Both the position numbers and the translations under genes were made by a program. Source: Epiperipatus broadwayi (taxonomy: Eukaryota > Animalia > Onychophora). From it: 64,000 bases of DNA. Under the pieces are notes generated by a model. It searched no databases and was not told the DNA's origin. It was given only the letters and a program-made list of their open reading frames with translations. Shown in pieces: positions 27,114 through 40,388 of this stretch (the first letter of the stretch is position 1; each line of letters begins with the position of its first letter). The stretch is taken from contig JAQFVV010000003.1 of assembly GCA_028023455.1 (NCBI GenBank), forward strand, positions 4,154,001 through 4,218,000, in the 5' to 3' direction.

Positions 27114-27960
27114 CATCATCATCATCATTATCAACCATTATCAATCCACTGCAGGATGAAGGTCTCCAAGTTTAATCCATCTTCTCCGATCTTTAGCTTC
27201 TCTTCTCCACATCACCCCTACACATTTTCTTATTTCATCCATCCATCTTACATGTGGTCTCCTTCTGGGTCTTTTACAATCTCTTGGAATCCAGTTTAAA
27301 ATTTCAATTGTCCATCTATTATCATCTCTTCTAGCAATATGTCCAGCCCAACTCCACTTCAATCTTTTAATTTTTTCAATGAGGTCAGTAACACCTGTTT
27401 GTTCTCTTACCCATACATTGCGTTTTCGATCTCTTCTTGTTACTCCCAACATACATCTCTCCATACTTCTTTGAGTGGTCTGAAGTCTCTGTATTGATCT
27501 TCTATTAAGTGTCCAAGTCTCAGATCCATAAGTAAGAACTGGTAAAACACATTTGTTAAAAACCTTTCTTTTCAAACACATACGCATATTTCCCTTTAAT
27601 ATCAAGTTATTTCTACCAAAAGCACTCCAACCAAGTTTAATTCTATGATTAATTTCCTCTATTATGTTTCCATCTGTATTAATAATCTGACCAAGGTATT
27701 TGTAACTCTTAACTTCTTCTAATTCATCATAATCAATCTTTATTTTCATATTTGGAGCAAATCGATTAAACATTACTTTAGTCTTTTTAACATTTATCTT
27801 TAGTCCTACTTTCGGTACTTTCATCTGATAACTCCTGCAACATTTCCTGCAGCTCGGAAGCCTTATTTGCAAAAACAACTACATCATCTGCGAAATCTAA
27901 ATGACTTAAATAATCTCCATTTACTTTCACTCCTTTAGTTTCCCATTTTAATCCACAAAA
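27114..27960 (-). mobile_element. 5'-truncated RTE-clade LINE, best-preserved copy, (GAT)n tail
   Basis: Track ORFs 27787-28002 (YLSHLDFADDVVVF) and 27141-27878 (KVGLKINVKKTKVM...LTYGSETWTL...WSWAGHIARR); ends with a (CAT)n repeat on the + strand at 27114-27127. Confidence 0.92.
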
Positions 27961-30249
27961 TACATATAAATAAATAAATAGAATGGTCAAATTATTTTTC
28001 ATTAGTCAATAAAGTGGGAAAACCATTAAATGAAACAAATATATATGTGCAATATTTTAATATTTTTGATATAATCATCCAAAGATTAGATAAACATGGT
28101 ATTTATATATTGATTTCTGTTGAGCATGTTGATTGTATTTTTCATGTCATTAAATTCTCAGATAGAAAAAATATTAAATACAAGTAAAAGAAACAGATTA
28201 TATTTTTAAAATAGATAAGTGATATTAATACTTTGAAATGTAAAAAGCATTCCATGATTATTAATAATGGATTGTTTTAATTGTCTTTATAGCTTAAATG
28301 TATAATGTCATAAAGACAAAATTTAGAAAATGGAAATTTACCTTTTGAAGAAGCGTAGAGGTATTAGTGACTTACTCAAGAATTAAAGGCTTGGGCATCA
28401 CTACTGTTCAGCTGAATAAAGAGGAAAAAATTACAAATTAATCCTGTTGGGTTTAATCTGTTACTTAAACACTAACATTGCTTGGTTTTCTGAGCAATCA
28501 ATCATATAATTATTTTTATGCTGAATATATCGTGCATATGTGTGTGTGTGCAATGTTAAACCCCTGGCATAGTTAGCTTTTGTGCTTCTCAAAATTAAGA
28601 ACATTTTATAAATAAAAATGAAACTGATCCAATAATGCAATTATTATTATTTAATTTTTTGTTACATTTTTTGGCTTTATTTAAATAAATTATTAAAGGT
28701 CCATTAATAAATTATCTTTCTAAAACTATTTGAAAGTTATGGGTTAAAAAAAAAAGAGAGAAAGTATAATGTATTTAAGTAATTTAACTTACAATTTTTA
28801 ATCCATTTTGTTAAAGTGACTTAATATTTTAGGAAAATTAGGATGAGTTTATATAAGCACAATTTATTTTCTGCAACAATAAATTTATATTTATCCAATG
28901 ATGGCAACTTTAATAAAATACTTGGGATGTTACTTATTTGTTGATTTGAAACATTTAATGATAATTTATTTTATCAAAATGGAAACTATACTGAAATAAA
29001 CTATATTTAACTAAATAATTGGAATATTATTTTATTTGGTATTGTGTGTGTAGAGATATATTTAGATAGATAATTTAAAAAAAAAGTGAAGACCATTTTA
29101 GAATCCCTCTACAAGTACTTGCTAGGATTATCACTTACCAGTTGTTGGAAATCTGAAATGTTTTTTTCCCCCCTCTGATATTCAGTTTCTGACTAGAATT
29201 GCTATCTTTTTTATTATAGATGGCTTACTAAATAAAAACCAAATGATTTATTTAAAAAAAAAAATTAGTTGCTTTGGAAATCATGATTTTTGAGCACTTC
29301 AAGTGACAGATTAACATTGAATTCAGGAATCTTTGATTCTTAAGTCTATCACTCTACCATTCTGTCAACATACTTAAGATATTGGTTAACTTTTAAACCC
29401 CCCATTCTGAACTTTTTTTGAGATATTTGCTATCTGAAATTTTTTAGCTTCATTCAGTTCTTAATTTCTAGATTATGGTCATGGGTATATATTAGATTAA
29501 GCATTGTACTATAAGGTAGGGTTTTGAAAATGTAAGCATTTAACCATACATATAAATGCCTGTTTTAATTCAGTATGATATAAAATATAGATTCAATCTT
29601 GAATTTATTTATATTGTTATTATTTGATTTTGGTAAGTTCTTCAAAGTGAAGATGCCTAACTGCTTTTCTTTTTTTAAATATTCTCTTAGCTGGGAAGTA
29701 ATATGGTAATATCTTTCAAATATATGCTTTTTAAAAATGTTTCAAATACAATAATATATTCATTTCTAGTATAACCTTTAGTTCCTTAATATATGTTAAT
29801 TTAAATAAACATTCTCAATTTTTTCAACTGAAAATAATAATTTTTCTTATTATCAAACAAGTTTCAAAAATATGAAATAACTGAATAAGCCCTATTTCGG
29901 ATCTGATTATAACAGGGTGAACAGAGCTGGAAAATAATAAAGGCAGGAATTACTGTTAAAATGTTGAAAGATTTTAATAAATAAAATATGAAGTATATTG
30001 TAACTTATTAAACTTGATTGAAGACCTGACCTTTTCACTAAAATTTATCAGTGTAATTAATGTAATATGTATAGCCCATTCTTTAATCATCAATAAATCT
30101 TCCATTATAAAGCACTCAATTTATTTTCTTGTATTTCGATCAACTGTTAATCATAGTTAAATATTTGTTAATAGATGTAATAAACACTTCTATACTTAAC
30201 TCTATTCTTTTTAAATTCATATAAATAAAGATATAATAAAAAGACAAAT

Positions 30250-30302
30250 GACCCCCAAGATGCATTTCGTGCTGAACCAGCACTCGTCAGTTGGCACAGG
30301 TC
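30250..30302 (-). ncRNA. Type I hammerhead ribozyme, inverted sister copy
   Basis: Minus strand reads GACC-TGTG-CCAA CTGACGA GTGCTG-GTT-CAGCAC GAAA TGCA TC^ TTGG-G-GGTC. The only two differences from the + copy are at the variable core N7 and in the stem I loop. Confidence 0.9.
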
Positions 30303-30593
30303 ATTATCTCTCATATATATCTATTACATGCAAAGTATTTATCTAGAGTAATTGTTACATTTCCATTTACCATTGTCAAACTCCCTCCACTCACAACTTT
30401 GACTTCATCCATTTCAGATAAATACAATAATGATTATATAACTAATCATTTTCGAAACTAGAGATTATCTCTAGCACAGATTTTCTGACGTCAAAGTTGT
30501 GAGTGGAGGGAGTTTGACAATGGTAAATGGAAATGTAACAATTTACTCTAGATAAATATTCTTCATATAATAGAGATATATATGAGAGATAGT

Positions 30594-30646
30594 GACCTGG
30601 GCCAACTGATGAGTGCTGGTTCAGCACGAAATGCATCTTGGGGGTC
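30594..30646 (+). ncRNA. Type I hammerhead ribozyme (minimal, Penelope/retrozyme type)
   Basis: GACC-TGGG-CCAA / CTGATGA / GTGCTG-GTT-CAGCAC / GAAA / TGCA-TC^ / TTGG-G-GGTC. Complete core, 6-bp stem II, palindromic ATGCAT stem III, bipartite stem I; predicted cleavage after 30637. Confidence 0.9.
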
Positions 30647-31738
30647 TTTTATCTTTTATTATATCTTTATTTATATGAATTTAAAAAGAATGGGGGGAAG
30701 TATGGAGGTGTTTATTATATGTATTAAGATATTACACATGGGACAGAGAAAGGTGAATAACTCCGTGTTTGTGTAAATTTAAAAAATCAGATATATTAAT
30801 CTTTAACTGACGTTTAAAGTTTATATCTGTGCTAGAGATAATCTCTAGTTTTGAAAATGATTAGTTATAATCATTATTGTATTTATCTGAAATGGATGAA
30901 GTCAAAGTTGTGAGTGGAGGGAGTTTGACAATAGTAAATGAAAATGTAACAATTTAAATATTTTTGTTGTTAAATTAATAATTCTCATTATAGAAATTCA
31001 AAAATGACCATGTCACTGGGGAAGCCTTTACTAATATTATGGAGATTGTGATGTTTAATGGTCTAATATTATGTGTTGAATAAACTTGTCTACAAGCACT
31101 CATAGAATAATTATGAAACTTATTCATTTAAAAAATTATTTAAACTCTTAGATTGAATTTATATTTAATAGTAATTTCCCCTCAAAATAAATATGTACTC
31201 TGTCTTTTTTTGTACAAATAGAAATGCAAGCTATTATCTATAAAGGGCACAATATATTTTGTAACTTATAATACATATAGAATTTTTTTTGTTTTATTTT
31301 TCCAATTTTTTTTATTGGGAGTAGAATGTAAATAGACATTAATTTTTTCATATGAATAATCGAAATATATATTTTAAATAAAATATTCTTACATAACAAA
31401 CATGTTAAGAAGTTAATTGAATTCATAATGAAGAAGGTCAAAAAAATTGAAACAATCTTACAGATATAATTGAACTATTTCTAGTAGATTTTTGCTTTTG
31501 GATTTTAAAAAGATATGAAATGTGATTAAATTTGTGAGACAAAAATAAAGATTGTGATTAATTCATTTTTATGATGAAAATTTGAATTACAGCAATACCC
31601 AGTGAGTTGCAATGCAATTTTGTTTATTTAAACTTTAATGTACCATGTACAAGTGATACAATATGTGGTTTGCTATATTTATTGCTGAGTGGGGAAAAAA
31701 AACAATTTACTTAATGGTGGAGAGTTAAGTTTCTATTC

Positions 31739-31781
<43 letters not shown>

Positions 31782-31800
31782 AGATGTACCTATATGATCA

Positions 31801-31896
<96 letters not shown>

Positions 31897-31971
31897 TATT
31901 ATATATATATATATATATTTATATATTTTTTTTTTTTTTTTTTTTATAAGATGTACCTATATGATCAGACA
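31739..31971. repeat. Compound (TTA)n/(TA)n/poly-T microsatellite with a 27-bp duplication
   Basis: TATAAGATGTACCTATATGATCAGACA at 31778-31804 and 31945-31971. Confidence 0.95.
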
Positions 31972-32079
31972 CTTATTTTTTTTCAAAAAGTAACTTAAGA
32001 ATTGTTTTAGAATGTTTACTTGTCACTCATTTTGAGTACAGATTATATATTTGTAAAATATACATTGTTATTTCATTAA

Positions 32080-34099
32080 TTGACAATCTTTTAGCCAATA
32101 AACAAAATTGCTTTAAAACTTATAATGGGCATGATATTGATTGCAGGCCGCTGGTGGACTATCGAAAAGTTTTGAAGTGATTGCTTAAATTAAGAGAAAA
32201 TAATGATAACAGATACTATATTATGCTAGATTAGATAACTACATATAAAAGAAATAGATTTTTAGCATATGTATGTGTGAAAATCTGCTCTTTACAATAA
32301 TTTTAATAGCGCAAACTAGCTTGTGTGTTGTATGACATGTTCCTTCATTCAAAATGCACTTTAATACTTATGTCATCATTGTATGACACAATGGCATGAT
32401 GTGTAGCATTAGATATGTTCTTTTGGTTGTAAAGCTGATAATTAGTTTTTGTTTTAGCAAGTACACAGATTTAAATAGTTTATTATATATATAAAAAACC
32501 CAGTATTTTTATTATATTTTAAAAGAGTGGTTTAATGTTAGAAATACATTCACAGAAAATAAACGTAATCAATTTTAATATAGATTGGGGAACAGAACAG
32601 TTTTCTAAACAATGGTGAATGCAAGGTGTGTATTATATGAGTCATGCAAGTTATGATATAAAATTCTGTTAAAAAGATAATTACATAAACCAAATTTGAA
32701 AAAGATTAACCCAATTAATCAGCCAACAATCATTTTATTAAACATATTATTTAATGTAAAGCTGCAAGGGTTGCATCATTTCATGAGCTCTGTATTAACA
32801 AGACTTAGAAAATCTTTTACAAATGGAGAAATGATAAAAGAAGCATTTTTGGATGCCAGCGACTTATTATTTGACTGATTGAAGAACAAAATGAAATTTC
32901 TGCAATTAAAAACAAAACTTTCTATAGAATTGTCACTCATTGTACACCAATTACAAATTTTGATCTGATTGAATAATTAACAGAAGATATAATTGAATGC
33001 ATGTTTTTCTTTGTTATTTAATGAATCTCCTGAAATATTTGATACTTCTCAGTTTTGTATTTTCATAAGAATACGATTTGGGATCTGAATTAGAAAGAAT
33101 TATTAACAGTGTTATCTTTAATGAAGAAAACACAGGATGAAGTTTATTGTGTTTTCAAAAAACATATAAAGGAGAAAAAAGTCAATTTATAAAGATATGA
33201 ACTCCATGCAAGTTAAAAGTTTCTAGAGAAAAAAGTGAATCTAAATATGTTGAATTATTAAATTGTTCTGATCTTCGTTAGTTAAGTTGATTTTTACAAG
33301 AATTCAGGGATCTATTACAAGAGATGAAATAAATGTTGAACTTAGTGAAAACTTTTTATTGATGAATTTAGTTTCTGACGGTATAACTAATTATCATAAC
33401 TAATGCAATTTACAATTCTAAGGAAGAAATAAAACAATTACAGAAGTGATTGCATATGTTAATACTTTTAAAAATAAGTTGTCCAGTTTTGATGAAGATG
33501 AAATTGAAAAATTTCAAAACTTTTAATTCTTAACTGACTTTGAGTTGTTATTCAAGAATTTACCAGACTAAAAACAGTACTTATCTTCATGAATTATCTT
33601 TTTAACAATGTTGATATGCAACAAATGACCAAAAATATAAATAATTCATTTTTGTAAATTCGTGGAAGAAAATTAAATAGCCCTGCGGAAAGATATAATT
33701 TTAAAAGGACACCTAAGGATGAAGAAAAATATTCAAATAATAAAAAAAGTTTCATCTAACTTTTTTTGGTCACTATCTACCTTTGTGAGTCTACATTTTC
33801 AGCAGTGAATATAATGAAGTCAAAATACTATTTCCATCTCACTGAAAACTATTTAAAATTTTGTGAAGGAGTAGCAATTAGTAATTATATAGCTAGGTAT
33901 TCAAGATAATATTTGGAATTTATATTTTGTACTAATTTTTTAAATTATATATTGAATTTTTTGATAATAAATTAATATCATGTATAGTAGTTTATATTAT
34001 TTAGTAATTATTATTACATTGCAATATATAGGTAGTGGATTGCAATACTTGGCTAAAATGACAAATAGACCTTGCCCTGCAAAAGATTGACCACCCCTG
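32080..34099 (+). mobile_element. Decayed hAT (Charlie/Buster, GTF2IRD2/EPM2AIP1-like) DNA transposon
   Basis: Transposase remnants LTRLRKSFTNGEMIKEAFLD, ESPEIFDTSQ, SDLR.LS and CESTFSAVNIMKSKY. Right TIR TTGACCACCCCTG (34087-34099) is followed by CTTTAGAC (NTYTARAN-type target). The left TIR is only vestigial. Confidence 0.8.
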
Positions 34100-35414
34100 C
34101 TTTAGACTTAACAAGAATATACATTTATGTTTTTCAATGAAATTATGCTGAGTTTAAATTCATAAACACCTAGTAAAAGAATGATTTTTGCTTGGTAGAA
34201 TGATTGCAAAGAAATTGCAGAAATATAATATATTGTTGAAGAAAAAAGTATAATTGTATCTCATTGCAATAACAGATAAAAAAAAAAATGTCAATTATGA
34301 TATTACCATACAGAAACAAAGTGATATCATATTCATAGTTGCTGCTAGTGTATGTATCAAATTTAAGCTAAGGGAATTATAATGTTTTGTTTTGATATAA
34401 ATAAAATATTTTACCCTAAAACTTTTAATCAGATATTACGGAACAAATTTGAAATGTAAAATTACATATATTTAAACAGACTTATAAATGAAATAAGATT
34501 TTACAAACATTAAAAAAAATGTTACTGTAAAGTGAAACAAATTTATTAGATAGAAAACTCCTATAACTATTTTAAGAAAGTAATATGTTGAAAAATTTAA
34601 ATAGTATTAAAAAAATATATCTAGTAGTTAAAAGAAATATACTGAATAAAATTACAATTGAATAAGAGAAATATTTTGAAAATAACAGCAGTCATTTAAC
34701 ACTTATTGTTTACTTAATTTGTACATAATGTACATGCCGTTCATTACATATTGAATTGGGCAGATATATCAAGAAATTTTGGCATATTATAAAAATAATG
34801 GACATAGTTTGGTTCAATCTAGAAAAGAGAATATTGATTTTGAGAAAATATTGATTTTATTGAAAAACAAAATCAAAGTAGCTGAGTACTAAATATCATA
34901 ATTGAAGTTACTTCAGAAATAGTTTTGAAAATTTGTATCATTTACTTGAAATTGAATTGAATTTATTTTTCTTTGCTAATTATTAATTATTTATTTAACA
35001 GTGTATATGGTGATAATTCTATATCATCTGATTAATTAAAAATACTTAAAATTAGCTATTGTAAAATAACATTAATATAATTACTGTTTATTTTTATTTT
35101 CAGTTCATAATGAAAATGCAAATTATTTATTAAAATTATGCTCAGAAAGTGAATTTTCAACAAGCCTGAAAATATAACTCAACAGTTTTTCCGATAATAC
35201 AATTTTATCTGCCCTGTTGATTGTCATATCCAATAAAGATCAATAAAAATTAAAAAATTTTTGGAATTTTTTCTACGATTCATTTTTTATTAGCATTGAT
35301 ATCATTTTATATTGATATGTGGTGTCTATGTATAAAAATTTTACAAATCTATTAGAATTCCAATAAATTAGTATTGCCAAAATTAATTTTGTTACATAAT
35401 TGTTTTAAAAGTTA

Positions 35415-35482
35415 AGATGAATGAATCAGCCATGATATGTATAATTTTAGATGAATGAATCAGTCATGATATGTATAATTAA
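35415..35482 (+). repeat. 34-bp tandem duplication
   Basis: AGATGAATGAATCAG(C/T)CATGATATGTATAATT twice. Confidence 0.85.
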
Positions 35483-38261
35483 AAATGTTAAAAGCATGTA
35501 ATTGTAAAGTTGTATACATATAGCTTAGGTAATTAAGAATAAAATAATTATATTTCAAATGAAAAATATCTGAATTTTTCATTATTGCTCTAGATTTTAT
35601 TCTTAGTACATGTCTAATACTTAACCATTGTTAAATAATTTATAATGTGAACTTAAATTTGAATAAAAAATGGATGGGGTTTGAAAGTAAGATTGAATTC
35701 AATTTAGTCCTAGCCAATTTGTTTATAAATTTAATATGACAATTTTTATGAATGATTCCAAAACCATCTTATCAATCGAATTTATAAATTTTGTGATATA
35801 ATAATAGTAAATATAAATAGGAATGGTTATCAATATGACACACACACATATATATATAATGTAATCACTACTATGATGATGATTAAATAAGCTAGCACTA
35901 AAGGCTTAGTTAAATATTATTATTCCAAAAGTATTTTTTTGATTCTAGATTCAATTTAAAATTAATTTTCAGGTGCCAAGCTTTTTAGTTAGAAAGTGTA
36001 TAAAATTTTAATCCTGCTGATCATCATTGTTTACCATCATTTTCCTTGCATGTCCAACAATGGATTACATGAGTTCTCAGAGTTAATGATATTAATGACA
36101 TATGTTTGGAATGGATTTAAAAAGCAAAAACAAACTAAATTGGTTAATAAAAAGATAAGCTAACACTTTCAGTAGATAAATAAAATATGAACTTGTTGTT
36201 TATACATTCACAAATGCTTCCAGATAAATACAATTAATACAATACGAAATATTGAAATAAATATTAATAATTATAAATATTTAAACTTAAGGCCTTTTAG
36301 TTAACTATAAAGATAAGATCTTAACAAATGTCTTAAATTTTTAAAGTTTTAAACCATGGTTTCTGCAGATATCATACTTTTACTATATATGTGAATAAGT
36401 CTAACAATCTATTCATGATGGTGGATGCTCTTTGGATATTGGTGACTATAGATAGTGTATACAGACTTGATAGGTCTTACAGCAGAGTCCACTTCTTACA
36501 GCATGATTTTCTTCATTAAAGCAGGCAACATCTATGCAACTTCATATCTTAATATGAATGCATAGTTCAGGTCTTTAGACTGTCATGCTTTTAGCTGTAT
36601 TAGCCACACAGTAAATAGTCCTTGGCTAGCTAATGTCATAGTTGCTGAGATGGGTAGAGTATTGAAAAATAGACAATAAGGCACAGGTATTTGAAACTAT
36701 TCTAAGGTAGATTGTTTTTACCAGCAGTTTCCCCTATCTTCACGGAATCATTATACTGCTAGCTTTTTTTTTTTTGTGACCTATTTTTATGGCATGTTTT
36801 TATTTTTTAACACCTATCACATAATTAAAGATGTTTATCAAAAAATGTATTTATTAAGACCTAAATGCAAGATTTAATATCTTTATTTATAAAATATGTT
36901 TATTAATGAATATCATTCCCTAAATTATTTTGTACATGATTATACAATTAAAAAAATTTTTTTTTCTTTATTTACAGTATTGATGGGGGGGGGGGTCATA
37001 ACTGACTTATAAAAAATGTTCTCTAACTTTCTTAATTTTAGTGAATTATAATTTTTAATGTATTTAGATTTACCATTCAGTTTATTATAAGAAAGGGCAA
37101 ATTATTTCTTTAAAACCCTATCCAGTAGGCAAATCTGAAAAGGTCACAAATACATACATTTTCTCAAACTATGCTATTCAAATTCATTTATGCGCACTAA
37201 AACTAATTTTTTTTTCATTTTTTTTTACACAAGTTATTACGTCAATTCTACCAAATATATTTTGTTTACAAAATTTTTCTTTTAATTTCTTAACCAGTCT
37301 AATTAAGTTATACTTATATTTAATATGCACTGCATACATACAGAACAGTGTATAAATTTAGAAATCATTTTAATATATTATTTCTATCATTTATTAAGCT
37401 CTCCCAACTGTGCAGTCTTTTATAATGCAACTAATTTGAGCTTCAATTCAGAATTATTCAGTTGCTATATATATATTAGTTCATTAATATTATTTTAGTT
37501 TTACTTCATTTAAATATGATTATGAATTATAGTTTAGTAACTTAAACTTTTTACTAGTTTTGCTTATAAGTGTCACACTTCATGCACTCTAAATTTTGAT
37601 ATCATCAACTTTAAATAACTACTTAAATAATTTATATATTTTGATCAAATGTTTTTATATCATTTTCAAATCTTATTTACTTTTTATCTAATGTTTGATT
37701 TTATGTAAAGACTTGTTAGATCAGTGGCTTCTATCAGTAAAATGTAGCGAAAATAATAAGCGTATTGTAGATGTTTTGCCTAGAGAGACATTACTGTGAA
37801 TAATGATAGAAATGACACGGATAACTATTTAAACCAATTGGTATTCACTAAAGCAAATTTAAATAATTGAATTTTTCTTATTTGGTTGAAGATAACAATT
37901 TTCACAATATTTTCACCTTACATGATGTTAAAATATTATATGTAATCATAAAGCTAATGCACAATGATAAACAAAATAGTCATTTTCATAAAATAAGAAA
38001 ATAAAGAAGTTAAATATTTTTAAAGTTATTAATTTGTATTTATTCATAAATTTTGAATTTTGATAGATTAGTTAAAATAGAGATTTTAGGAATATATTTG
38101 TTACATTCTTCATAAAATCTTGTTTAAATTAAATATATAAATATTACTATAGTTTATGTCATTACTATTCAAAAAGTGCAGGATCCATTAATATTGTTTT
38201 TTTTGTAACAAAAAAAAAAAAAAAATTCAATAATTTGTTTTCAATTGTTTATTAATAAATA

Positions 38262-38386
38262 TAGATAAATTATAATTTAAAATGCAAATATATCTCTTGT
38301 ATACATATGCTGTTACATTAGATAAATTATAATTTAAAATGCAAATATATCTCTACAATTGTAATGGTATACATATGCTGTTACAT
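38262..38386 (+). repeat. 57-bp tandem duplication, second copy about 11 nt longer
   Basis: TAGATAAATTATAATTTAAAATGCAAATATATCTCT...GTATACATATGCTGTTACAT twice. Confidence 0.85.
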
Positions 38387-40388
38387 TATTTTAAAATTAA
38401 AATAAAAACAAGATTGTAAATAAAAATTGATTTTATTAAAAACTAAAAGCCAAAATTAAAAGTTCTGTTTAACATATATAGATCGCACAGATGGAAAACT
38501 AACACTTTTTTAAAAAAAAAAAGTATTTCAAAGTATTTTTTTTGTAAAAAAAAAAAAGTAAAGATATAAAGATTGATATTTTTGAAAATAGAAATAAATG
38601 TTGATTTCTATCAAGTTTAATCTTAGAAAATGGAAATGATTGTTTTATTAATTAAACGATTGTTTTAAAGCAAACTAGCCCTTGGGGCACTTAAATAATT
38701 GAAAGGTCAGATAAGAGAATAAAAAAAAATTAGATTGACCAATGCAAGCATGAAGCCACAGCACAGCACGGACCGAAAATGGAACATTAGAAACAGTGAC
38801 ATCATGTTCGATCGATCCGGGAAAATGCTGATAAGAGGCTAATAAAAATATAAAAGCCAAAGTAGTTGAATTCATGAGTGGTTGTTGACTTAGAGCTGAC
38901 TATTAATATACCATTATAACTGTAGCTGTATTGCAGACTCCACTATATAGGAGTCTGCAATAGATTTAATTTCCTGACAACCAGCTGAAGCCTCCCGATG
39001 ACAGTTCTTGACCAAATGAATGGCAAGTAGCGGCTTCGTTTCAAGGAAGGATCAACAATCTTCGAAAGTATCACGATGGACCTCTAAATTTGCGGAATCT
39101 GTAAACTATGAACTCTTGTGTTTATCTAATGTGAACTTTTTCAAATTTGCAATTAGTAACTGAAAATAAGAACTCTTATCTGGCCTAAAAAAGAAAATTC
39201 CAAATCAATTAATAATAATAATTTTTTTTTTATGCATATGTTTAATTAATCATTTCCCTTTTTTTTTTTTTTGTGATGTGTTAATTAAAATGTATTAAAT
39301 TTAAGTTGGGTGTAGATAGCTGCATAGATTCTTTAAAGTTTATATTAGTTATTTTTTTTAGATTTTTATTTGTGTGAAATATATATATCAGTAAATATGA
39401 CACCTTATGTTTAGTGTCTAAATGTATTTACTGGTATATATCTTAAGTTGTTGTTGTCAATGCGATATCTTATGATGAGTGCCATTGGGTTTACTTTCTT
39501 GTTAATTTCCCTCAGCAATTTTCAATTAATAACTTTTTGTTTTAATCATTTATATTTATTTTAAATGGGTTTAAATTTCAGACTATCTCATAGTTAGGTT
39601 GATGCTAGTAGAGAGATATATGGGCGTTTATATTAATGCAATGTGAAGTGTGTTAGCGTATAGGGCAAAGCCCAACTGAATGCATGATCCAAAGGCGTAG
39701 TCATTGCGTTGCAATGTATGCAGATGTATTTCCTGCATCATTGACTTCCTTTAGCTCTATGGATAAGGACTATAAGTCGGCAGATAGACCGCTCTTCCCC
39801 ATACGTAGCATTACTCTTTAAATATTTTATTACATGATTCCTTCGCCAGACAGACGCATATTCCTGTACTGGACGAGAATCATGTCCTTTAAATAATATC
39901 ACGCTGCAAACAACAGTGTGGTTTTATGTTAGCATCTTCATATTGCATTGGTTGTGTCTGTATATCTGGAAACAGGCATTGGGTTGGCTGCGAACTTTTA
40001 GTCTGAGATTGAATGATTGTTTTAAAAAGTTTTTAACTGAGAAATCTATCTAGCCTATCTATACTCAACATTCTAAAGTAAAATTTATTAAAATGTCCAT
40101 CTGTGCGGACTTTCTTGAATAATTTAAATGTAAAAAAATAAATATTTTAAATTAATAGTAAAGTCTAAATTTATTTCTCAATTTTAAATATTTATATACG
40201 TGTGTTAATAAATGTTTTTTGTGTGTTATTACTGACAGTGGCTTATTTTATTTTTTTAATATTAAAAATTTTTTTTAACAAGTTTTATATTAAATTTCTG
40301 TGTCTCCTTGAGCTAGTGACATGGGCTAACAGCAATATAAAATAAAATTGGATCTTAACAGTATCTGCCTACTATACAAATTTTCCAG

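Larger units (their letters stand above)
30165..30956. mobile_element. Penelope-like pseudo-LTR / non-LTR retrozyme locus: inverted arm plus a 411-bp-period tandem arm
   Basis: About 30165-30400 is the reverse complement of about 30490-30725. 30348-30485 is the reverse complement of 30826-30956. GTCAAAGTTGTGAGTGG recurs at 30490 and 30901. There is no ORF. Confidence 0.75.

Noticed and set aside
28376-29152. Minus-strand exon-like segments 28376-28411 and 29139-29152 with GTAAGT donors
   Set aside because: The first has stops in all frames and the second has a weak acceptor; GTAAGT is expected many times by chance at this AT content.
31689-31993. Poly-Ile / poly-Tyr ORFs
   Set aside because: Translation of the microsatellite.
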